From: Chrysomallon squamiferum
Taxonomy: Eukaryota; Animalia; Mollusca
Length of the DNA: 64,000 nucleotides
Assembly: GCA_012295275.1 (NCBI GenBank)
Contig: CM022678.1
Coordinates: 14,694,001-14,758,000 of the forward strand
Direction of reading: 5' to 3'
The stretch's first letter is position 1. The number at the start of each line of letters is the position of its first letter. Below are positions 13,477 to 25,400 of the stretch, one piece after another. The position numbers and the translations under genes are program-made. The notes beneath the pieces are model-generated. The model saw only the letters and a list, made by a program, of their open reading frames with translations, was not told the DNA's origin and made no database searches.

Positions 13477-16400
13477 TCAGTGAATCCAACTCTGGTTATC
13501 TACATATGTAGTCGACAGTATCTGCATGCTGCTTGATTCTATAGGTCTATGAATATTATGCACACTTGAGTCTAATTCACATCTCTCTTGTACATCACTT
13601 CGAATCTCTATCACAGACATTTCAGAACTCGAATCAGGATTTATCTGCCCTTGGCTGCTAGTGCAGGCTGGCTCTTCCTTTTTTTGTCGTCTTTCCTTCT
13701 GTTTTTCATTTTTCCACCACAGTTTGAGTCGAGCTGGAGTCACTGGTGGTCTTGCATTTCGTATATGTCCTTTGTTTAGTTCGCTGCAGTAGAAGCGAAG
13801 TTTTTCCAGTGACGGATGTTTGCACTTGGCATACCAGCTCTTAAGAAGAGGAACTTCATGTTGTGGGTGAAATGTCAATCGAGTGTCCTTTGGAGTCCCC
13901 TTATGACTTATTGATGGGAAATCTGGCAAGAAAATAAAACAAGAAATCAAATTATTACATAAAACTTTATATTTATATTAAACGATGTTATAAGGAATTA
14001 AAATTAAGAGAAAAATTTGAAAATAAGCTCATGATTTTGCCCGGAGGCCAACATTTTCCTTTTTAGGATGTCGTTCAGTTTAGAAACATATAACTAACTC
14101 CGATAGAATTTTTTTTTGAAAGGTTACTATCTCTTCATATACTACCACACACTTCTAAACAATTTTATGAATGCAGTATTGCAGAAATTCTCAAAACCAT
14201 ATAATCATACAAATTCAATGTTTTTCTACCACTCTGTATGTTTTTGAATTTAAAAAAAAACAAAAAACAGAATGGTTACCTAGAGCTTGCAGTTTGTACT
14301 GTTTGTACCATTCTCCAAATTCCTTACATTTCTCCATACTAAGCTTGTTGACGTATTTTCCATTGGCAATGTTTGAAATCATCGACTGGCAAAGGGGAGA
14401 TAACTTTGCCAGTGTTGGTTGATTTAATTCCTTCAAAAGCCCAAGAGTGGCACACCGAACAGCATGGTCATCCCATATAGTTGTCCAGTCAACATGCTTC
14501 AAACTGAAAAAAAAAAAATTAAATGTATATTTCAATTAAATTTTTTATATCTTAAAAAAATGAAGAATAATGGCTTTTGTTTCATGAGCTTACCTATAGT
14601 TTCATCAAAAGCTTCATCTATTATAAACATAGGCTACAAATCAAATATAAATAAATGTACAGAGCAAATGAAAACAGCAAAAACGTGTTGATCTGATTAA
14701 TATACACACATACACACATATACATATTAATATCAATAATCTATTGATGTACTGATATCATTAACATGCAAGTGTACCGTATCAATAACTATTAATGTAG
14801 TTATATCATTAACTTTTTATACTGACATCAAGAACTTATTAATATATATATATCATAACTTACTGCTATATGGATAATATTAATATTGTTCTACTAGTTA
14901 TTCTGTTAGATTATTAGTCCATTTGTTTACTAACTGTATTGATACTTTTAGTTTACTATTGTACTGAGGCAGTTTATTTACAAAAAATTATAGTATCACT
15001 TTTTCAGTTGAGCTGTATACACACTCCACCCTATCCCTACCCCTCAGAAAAGAAGAAGGAGTTTATCTTATTAACTGAACTGATTAAGTTAGATATTAAC
15101 AGTTCTAATTGATTGTATAGATAGTTAGTTTATTGTTTTTGTTGCTACTGCCAGTTTACTGCTTTTCTGATATCAATAACTTATTAAAGTAAATATATCA
15201 TTTATTTACTGCTCTACTGACATCATTAATATTGTTAGTCTGGCTGTTCTGATTCTATTAGCTTACTAGTTGTATTGCTACAGTTTTCTTAATAATACAA
15301 GTACTACTGATATATTAGCATTTTGGTTGTTTTGGTACTTAAAGCTTATTATATTATTCATCATTAATTATGACATAACTAAATGAAAAAATACAGTATT
15401 TAATAAGATTTTCTTAAAAAGATTTATTTCTTAAGGAGATGTAATAATTTATCATTCTTTAATATACTGCACATTCACTGTACTGTTCCTTTTTTCTCAA
15501 CTGGTGCTTAATATTATTTTAATTATTATTATTACTATTAATGTTTCAAAAAACATCGTTAATGCTACTATACAATCTACTGTCACACTGTCCACTCATT
15601 CTGAGCCTCATAAAGAGATTAGATGTAATTCCCAACAGCTCAGAAAGTCAAAGGAAAATCTGCTGTAGATTAGACAATATTAGACGGGAGCCAGTGATGA
15701 TTACATTGGATCAGAAGCTTGATTAAAAACTAATATCGGATTAGGTGAAACTTTTGCAAAATAAATCAGAAACAGGATTGATCCTTCAAGTAAACTGATC
15801 AATTTACCCATCACCATGGCAACAATCTTACATTGCATATCCAAAGCATTATCCAAATCAGCTTTCAACACAAAGCAAAAAAAAAAAAGATGCACTTGCC
15901 TCTACAGTCACTACAGATCTATTTATATATGAATATATAAGCAGAAGCTTTTCTGTACAAGTCTGATAAAGAAATACTGAACCAGTGATGTAAAAGAACA
16001 GAAATAATTATAAAGGTTTAATAATATCCTATCATTATTTAAAATGATTATTTTCATTATATTTATTGTATTGTTCAGATCTCTTGTTCATGTACATTCT
16101 TCAGATAGCTGGGGTTTTTTAAAACCTATGATGGTTTTTAAAGTTAGCTTCAACTAGAACTTACTGTATTTTCTTAATGAAGATATATTTTGTGAATTAC
16201 AAAAACATCTAGAAAAGATACTTTTATGATATGTTAGTGTGGAATCTTGTAATTAAATTAAATACAGGGCATAGTTTGTCATTTTTGTGTACGTAAAATG
16301 AGAAGTATAATCTATTGACAGTGATATCTCTATTCGTTTCCTTTTTTTTACTTTCAGACAATGGTTATGTTTTAAGGTAATAATGTGTTTCTTTTATATA

Positions 16401-19400
16401 TTATATAGTGGTTGTACAGAGCAAACAGTACCTCCTCTTTCATCAGTATGTTTTTTCCTATACCAGCACAACCAGCCTATGCTACAACATCAACAAATTT
16501 CTTCAAAATTAAAAATAAATAAAAAGGAAATCCAATAAAACCTAATGTTGGCAGAAATTTATTTTGAAATGTTGTAAACAATTCATCTTGTTCATGAATG
16601 TGTCTACTTTATTACTAGTTAATTCTTGAAATGACAATATTTAGTGTTATGGTCTAACTATTCATAGCACTTTTATTTCATGTCAGTTTATTAAACTAAA
16701 TGAAAACACAAACACATTAAAGTGATATATTGGTCAGATCATGTCTGACATTTAATATCAATGCAGAAAACAGAAGACAAAATTGTAATAATTTAATTAA
16801 AGTACGTAACTAATGTGGTTTGATAAAGTTTATTTTTGTTGCACAGACAGATTAACTAATCCCATACAAGTACTAAAAATGTTTATGCATAAATATAAAA
16901 AAATTATGCCAGTCATAAATATATATGCGTAGGTATATATAATAATTATACACAAAAAAAGTATAATATGTATAATTTATATAAATGTAAATATTATGGG
17001 TAAGCTTTAAATTACAAAATGTATCCAGCACAGAAACATACAATAGCAAGTTGTACAACTATTTTGCACATTCAGATTAAAAGAAGGCAGGCATATATGG
17101 ACTTTTTAATAATTTTCTAATTTCACTTTATAATATCACATGTTTGTATTAAACAAAAGATGCATACATTACATGACGAAAAACATTTATTTATTTTTAA
17201 TATAACAAAATTTTATTTTTGTTTTTATTTGAAATAATAAAATATACAGATACAGCTTCAAAAGTATTGAATTTTGATATACACTGTAAGAATGTATTAA
17301 TCATTACGTAGAAAATTAGATATTCACTGAAAACAGTTAACATATAATTAATATGCATGTCAGATTCTGGCTTCATGTCCAGATTTTTAAATATGACTAG
17401 ATTGCTCAAACTTAAATTGGAAACAAAATTATAATTATTAAAAATTATAAATAATTTTTAAAGAAAAACATTTTTTTCTTGTACCTTTCCTAATTTTACT
17501 ATGAGAAAAGTGTTAAGATTTGACTGATTTGTATAAGAAAATACAGATCCTTCTAACAAGTTGAATCTATAATCTTTGATTTAGATTCAGCTGTATTTGC
17601 ACCACAAAACCACAACATAAACAATATAAAATGTTTATAATTTCTTTAGTCAGCTGATGTTATTAACATGAGACAAAAATTACAAGTCCTAACAAAATAT
17701 TGCCATTTGTTACTAGGTAATACAGTAAACAAAAAAATAATCAAAATCAAAATCAAAAATATAAACAGAGAATGAAACACACAAACAGAGATTGCTGGTA
17801 AACTGTAAGCAATGATTTAAAAAGAATAACAAATTTAACAACATTCGATAATAATAAATTTTGCCATAGATGTGTTTAAAATTTAAAAATAATCAAAATT
17901 ATGCAAATCATCAAAACAATATAGAGATATCCAACATCAAAAATCATTTAATATTATTCTTAATTATAGCTATTTATTATATTTCACAGTAAGCAATGTA
18001 AGTCTCTTAGTATCTAATTTAGATTATATAGTAATTATATTTTTAAAGATGTCGCTGGGATTGATCTAGTAATAAATCATGATTCATCTGAATTTTTCAT
18101 ATCTGAGTATAAAATGTTTAGTACATTTATTCAAGCTGCCTTTAGATACAAGTGTATTATTAAATAAACAACTTAAAAATTTAGTAAATTGTTTAATTAT
18201 AGAAATGTTTATAATCTGCTAGAGTTAATTCTAAATCAAACTAATATAAACTTCAAGTATACATTTATGTAAACAGAAGAAATACTAGGTTTCATCAATT
18301 ACTGAGAAAATAATATAGACACTGAAGATTCTGAGTCAGTTTCACTAGTAAAAAATAAAACAAAAATCCTAGGTGGGTCTAAATTAAATTAATCTTTTAT
18401 TAATAGGATTAATAATTTGTTGTCTGAATTCAAATTAAATTCCAGATGCAATAAATCCTAAAAGAAACCAAATTAAAATTAACTGAAATAAAAAGAAGAA
18501 ACAAAGATTAAACTATTTCAGATTTTACAAATGTTTTTTTTTTATAATACTGAAAAAGTTTATGTTCAAATTTTTAAACTTTGTTTCCTCCATTCCATGT
18601 GTTTCTCATTTTAACAAATTAGGTTACTTCTAAATATATAAAACAATACATCACATGATTATAACACTGAGATGCACTCACTTCAAACAATTTCTTTCTT
18701 GAACATTACTTCTGTATTAAATAATATTACTATGCAATTATTACTTTTAAAAAACTATTATTTATAGGTATTATGGCAGTTTTAATCTCATCTAGTAGAA
18801 TTTTGGTTTCAAACTATTAATGAAATAAAATAAATAAATATTAATAAAAAGTATAATAATATTAACAAAATAATAATAATAATAGTAATGAATGCTGAAA
18901 GGATTTAAAAAGTACAATAACAACAACAAACAAAAACAAACATGACCAGAATGTCTAAGAATATTTTATAAATAACAATCCAAAACTCAGCAGATTGCTG
19001 AAATATCTTGTAACGAAAAGATTTAAAATGTGACAGGAAAAACAGCACTAGTATTTGTACAAGAAAACAAAAATCCCAATTGTAAATAAAAATAAAATAA
19101 AGAACACTGTTGGCAACAAAATTGCACTTGTAGTGTCTTCCATACCATTTGAAAAAAGAAGAAAAGTCAACTTTATTTTATTTATACACATTTTTGAAAA
19201 TTTATCTGATCTGTTTTATCTAGGGAATATAGGGAAAAAAAATCAGAATCAAAAATATAATATGTATACAAATTCTACCCTAACCCTCAAAAAAGAAGAA
19301 GTTAATAAAATGCAAAAAATAATCTTCCTAACAACAATATAAAAATAAAAATATAAAAGTATCTGTTTTGGCATTGTGTGTGTATGTGTGTGTGTTTGCA

Positions 19401-22400
19401 GGTGGATGTATGTTTGTGGATGTATACAGTTGTCACATACAAATTCAGTTATACTGTAGGAAGAAAACCAGGTGGAAGCCACATCAGAATTTAATATTCA
19501 TATTAATCTAATAAGAACAAATAATGAAACCAACATTTCTTTTGGAAGAATAGCAGTTAATAACATTCATAAAAAATAACAACAGTATTACGAGCTTGTG
19601 TCAAGTCGCATGCGTTTCACTTTTGCTCTATGGTTTTTAAACCACAATTGCACATTTTTAGATTCCAACCTTGGAAACTTCTGTCTGTACTCTGATCTGT
19701 TGAGTTCATCACAGAATTTGTCAATCATGTACGCTGAAGGGTGAGTGTCCTCCATGAACCATTTCTCCAGTTTAGGTATTTCTGTCAGGGGGTCAATAAA
19801 AACTCGAGTACGTCTCTTACGGGGTTCATGATGTTTGTGTGTGTTGCCATGAACTGGTTCGTGGACAGAGTTAGAGTGAGGTGAGTAGAAGCGTGTGTTC
19901 ATTGGGTAGTAAGTCATAAGTGGTGGATTCAGTTGAGGGATGTGTAAAGGCTGTGCCATTTGGGCAAGAGACATAGCAGCCATGCTGGCCGCAGCTGACA
20001 TACTGGTGGAGGACATATCACACCGTGAAGACATTATGGCATGGTCAATATTTTCCTTCTGAACTAATGCTGAGCGGTCATCATCATCAGACTCTGACTC
20101 GGACACATCCTCACTAGAATCATCATAAAACAATCTCCTGTCCTGACTCTCCTCTTCTTTCTGGCAGTCTGTGCTGTGTACACTGCTATCAGACACAGTT
20201 CTCTCTTCATCCTTTTTGTTCTTTTCTGATTTCATATTATCTTCAGGTGATTTTTCACCTTCTTCAACAGTAGTCTCTTCCATTGGCTCTTCTTGTTTTA
20301 TCTCTAAATCACCAGGATTAGTTGGCTTTTTATTATCATTTTCAAAACCATTAGACAAAGTCACATGTTTATTTTCATCACAACAATTCTGTTTAGTATC
20401 CAACACTTTTTCCTCTAACAGATCTTTTGATTTATTCATGGATAAGTCACATGGTTGATCATTTCCTGTTTCCTGCTCTGCCAACTGCTGATGATAAGGG
20501 AATGGAATGACATAAACAGCATTTTTATTTGGTAAATATGGATAATGTCCAGAAAGCAAACTGGTTGCATTTGATTCAGAATTGTCTTCATTTTCAAAAG
20601 AATCATCAACAGCTTTTGATGCACGTCTTTGTGCAGCTCTTGCATTTTTAAACCAATAAATAATATTTGTTAGGTCCAGAGGTCGCCGACCTTTTCGAGA
20701 ATCAAGCTGGTTTAGTTCATTCATATACCTGATCATTTGTTCTCTGGATGGATGCTGATTTTCTTGAAACCACTTGTGAAGTCGGGGAATTTCATGTTCT
20801 GGATCAAATGATGTTCTCACCCTGGTTCGACTTGCCATGAAATAGGGTTGTGGAGGTGTTGGCTGTGCATCTTTCAAATCAGGCGATGCCTGTGGACTGT
20901 TTTCTTTAGAGAGTTCACAGTCTTTCACATCAGGCTCTGGTGTTTTTTCTCTTAGAATCAAATCAGAACTGTTCTTACAAAGTTGTCCTTTCAGCTGCTC
21001 CTTGTACCATTTATCAAAAGCAGACGTCAGATCTTCGGGAATCTTAACAGAATGATCACCTTTACTTATAGATGAAAGCAGACCCTGAAATGTAAGAGAT
21101 TACATCTCAACTTGAAAACTGAAACTACTTTATAAAATAAGATCATTTTCGTACATTATTTTTTTTCTAAAATTTTAATTTGATTAACTTTTTAAAATGT
21201 ATACTGAAATAACTGCATATAAAACAGAAATTAAAACAGGTATAAACAATGATAATAACAATTAAGAACAAGAAGCATTATTAACTAATAACAAAACAAT
21301 ATATAGATAGAAGTCTTACCTGGTTGATTGGGCAGCCTGTTTGGTTGAGAAGACTATGTGATTGAGAAAGAAGAAGCTGCAATAATTTCTCCTTGACTTC
21401 TTCGGCAGAACTAGGTTTTGGATGGCTGCAAGAGCGAAAGTTCACTACTAAAACAAGGCACGTTTAAAATCCGTTTTTAAATTATTTGCTTGTTCTTCCG
21501 GTAAGCATGCACAATATCTTGCCGCCTTTTCAATAAATTTCATACTTTGCTTTTGAGTTCAGAAGCGTCTAACAAAATTTATTTACTTGTGAATAATTAT
21601 TAACATTTGCTTTTAAAGACAAATAAAATTTATTGAAATGCTGCAAATAAAATAATACATTTTCGGTGTGCGAAATTAATATTGAAAAGTTTAATAGTTA
21701 AATATAAATAAGCATGTATTAGAAGAAGATATTTGGGTGGGTTTCTTTTTTAATTCATAAAGTTATGGAATTATGTCTAGGTAAACCAAACATTAACAAA
21801 ATAAACCAACTGATTACAGTTTCACACAAATACCAGAAGCAATTTTATTAATAAGTAGAAAGAATATTTAAAGAAGTTACTAAAATTATATATTAAAAAG
21901 TGTTCCAGATAAATCTGGAAATCTATTACAAAATACACAAAGGGAATTGTCAACAGTAAATTGCTAATAATAAATTGCTGCACTGCCACAGTTCATATGT
22001 GACTAATATAATGACATGATAAATTATTAAATTAATGGTGAACACTGCTAATATTCTTAAATAAAAATCAAAAACAAGAAGCAGAAAAAACAATTTTGGT
22101 ATCATGTATTTATAGAAATGTTTATAGTGAACAGTTACAGTTTCAAACAGGTAATAAAAACAGAGAAGCCAACTGTTTGTACTTGTAATGAAGATGTGTT
22201 TTATTATTTGATAAACACTTTATTTCATCACAAATTACAATTTAGACATTTGACAGTTTTTTATTTACACAGAAACTGGCAGTCTTATCTTCAGTTTTAT
22301 AATTTCTATACTAGTTGTTCAAGAACTAGTTTTTTAACAGAAGTACTCTATGACAATTTCACCATTTCCAAACCAGTATAAACTATTTGCATTAAACATG

Positions 22401-25400
22401 AGCACTATCTCAAAAAAAGTATTTCAGAAAATATTTTGCAGACAGAAAACAGAATAATAATGGATCTTACTCATGTGAAACTGGGTCATTCAAATTGTGA
22501 AATATGGTAATTCGTCCTCAAATGCAATGTTTGTCTTTCTGGATGCAGACATCTGAATTTTTTATTTTGTGATCCCATTCTTTTAGTAACAATTTTATCT
22601 GCCTCCAAACTTTTAAATAGTTTCTTGTTAATATTTACTTTTATTTAATTAGAATTTACATTATGTAAACTTTTTTTAATGTGGATGGGCAGCTGTGTAT
22701 TTGTTTCAGTATAAATCAAACTAAAAATGTTAAGTCAATATTTAAATTAATTTGTTATTGCTAGGACCAGTAAATCCATATTACATAGCTGTGGCAATAG
22801 TGTTTGTCTGTTTTACTGTTGCAATAATTTATTTCAAACAAAGGAAAAACTGAGATTAAAAACAAAACTGTTATATTTTTTCAATCTCTTCAACTGGTTA
22901 TATAAAACTTTTCAGACATTCATCTTACCTTGCTATTCGAATCCTAAGAGTTGCGACATTGGTGAGTTCTGAAAGAATTTCTTCCACAGTGGCTTGTGCA
23001 TTGTTTGTGATAGCATCAAATGTCAGTGGTTTCCAGTTTTTTATCTGTATTGCACCTGCAAAAATATTTTTAATTAATAAAACCATGATCTCTTCAAACT
23101 CTTTAAATTATAAGTAATCAATTCTCTGAATACATAATTGCATGCTTATATTTGCTTTTCATTACTTTAACCACAAATTCAAAAACTGTATGCTGTTGTA
23201 TTGCATTTAAAAACATATCATTAACACAGATCAAAATGTTTAGAAACAAATTTGTAACTAATTAACAGAAATACTACCTTTTGCAGCTATTGCATCAGCT
23301 GAGTTGTAGCCAAGTTTAACAAGAGCAGAATGTACAAGATCACTGAGCAGGGTGCTGCTGGGGAGAATAGCGTAACTGTCCAACTCCACAGCACTGGGCG
23401 CACACACTGCACTCGTCACACTGTCAAACGAAGGTGTTCCTGATATCTGTTCAACAATACAGTGAATTGGTAGAGACTTCGCTGAACCTAAAATTGAAAA
23501 AATACAAAAATTTATAAATGAATATAGAAAACAATATGTCTTTGTGAAACTGTCAAAGATAACTGTTTAGAATAATGACAGAACTTCTGTTTCATTTTCA
23601 AAATTTGGTAATCATTTGATTTCAATTTAAAAATTTTAAAATAAATGCATCATAAAAATAATATGTATAAAGTGAAAAAAAAAAGATTATAAAGAATTAT
23701 AATGATAGGTCACAATTAAGTTAAATTTGTAATGCAAACAGTGTATGCCATAAACAAAAACCATGGTAACTGAAGAGCTATAAGTTCTAGTTTGACAGTT
23801 TGTTTGATAATTTGTTCAGAAGGGAAAAAAATTGTTTCTTCCGTGATATTAGTAAATATATTTCATATTGTGGAACTTAAAGGAAACACACATATGATTA
23901 TAAACTAATAAATCTTACTGCATCTTATTAATTTATTCTGAAGTTAGAACTGCTTAAAAAGTATTGATCTTTTAAACTAGTTTTTAGAACAATTCTCCTA
24001 TAGAATAATCCAGCCTGTGTTTATTTCCACTGTGATTAATCAGCAAGGTTCATTAGAGATATTTCTGTGGGTAACTTACTGAGTCTAATCACTTTATCTG
24101 CAGACTTAATTAAATCTTTAACCCAGGTGAAACAAAATAAGCAGAAAAGGCACAGCAATTACAATAAACAGGAATCCACATTCAACATTCAGGTTTTTTT
24201 AAAATCAAATATTTCTTAGGTGTTCTGAAATATGCTAATTTTTATATAGAAATGTTTGAGGGGTAACAGTATTTATTAATTAATTAACTTAACACTTGCA
24301 AGGTGTTCACACTGAGAGAATGATAAAGATGTAACTCTACAGAGAACAGAGAGAATCAGGCAAACTGTATGATTTTAGAGTCTTTTATTAGATTTTGTCA
24401 TGAAAATGCAATGCAATACAAACATGTTTAGTAAGGTTTCAAAACAAGAAGAAAAAAAAAGAAAGAAAGAAAGCTAATACTTATTCAAATGTCTTCTTAG
24501 TAATAAAGATAAAATAAATATGAAGGGAAAAAGAGAAAAAAGGTTAATGCTCTAAAAATCAAAGTCTGAGAAAATGATTGCTGAAGATCCGCTGTGGTTA
24601 ATAGGATTTTCTTTTTGAGAAGTTTTTGGTTTTGGAAATTACCTGGCTAATCCACCAAAGCTGGTTCGTAATGAAGCGTGTGACAAAGCCGCACACTAAT
24701 TCCTCAATTATTACATTTCATCCGCCACAGCTTCTAAATTTGTGAGGTCTTATCCTTCCTAATTCCACGGATTTATTTCTCATTTCACAAGCTTCAAAAA
24801 CTCCCCAAAACCATTGCTAAACCAATATTTATTTTAGATACTGTTCCTTAGCTTGGATTAGTCTACCTATCAAACTCAGAATGTTCTGATGACTCTTTGA
24901 AGATTAGACCATGGACTTTCATGTCTCTATCTGAATTTCTAACATTCCTTTTTAAATTATTGTAAGAAATTGAAACACTACTTTACAGCCAGCATAGCTG
25001 CACGATCAGTTAGCTAAATCCAAAGTCAAATGAACGTCACACAATGTGTATTTGCAGTGTAGCACATTGAGACTCAAGTCTTGCAGCTCCATTCCCACCC
25101 TTTCCGTGGTGGAATCACACAAATGTTAGGAATTATTATTTTTTTCCACTAATTTATTTTTTTAACAGAATAGGTGTATGAATAACTAAGATTTTACATT
25201 TCCTAACTTAGCAAATATAAAAGAAATACTAGGCTTTGTATGTGTAAAATTCCTGTTTCAGTTAAATGGTATTTAATGCAAATAAAAATCTTGTCATAAA
25301 TGCATATCAATTATTTAATTATGCAATCTTGCATCTTCTTTTCAGTTGATATTTATCAAAAATATTTACCAAATCTTCTCATGCATTTTTGTTTAACTAA

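Noticed and set aside
13477-14535. Module B as a standalone gene starting at the track's ORF starts
   Set aside because: Those starts lie in intronic polypyrimidine sequence; the exon begins at a clean phase-2 acceptor matching the ULD donor.
20171-20645. ORFs 20171-20458 (+) and 20436-20645 (-)
   Set aside because: Antisense or alternate-frame shadows of the long dve terminal exon.
21426-21450. Upstream TAG acceptors (TTTTAG, TAGTAG) before dve exon 21425
   Set aside because: They add 22 or 19 nt and shift the frame; only the CAG acceptor at 21426-21427 restores the Dve-like peptide.
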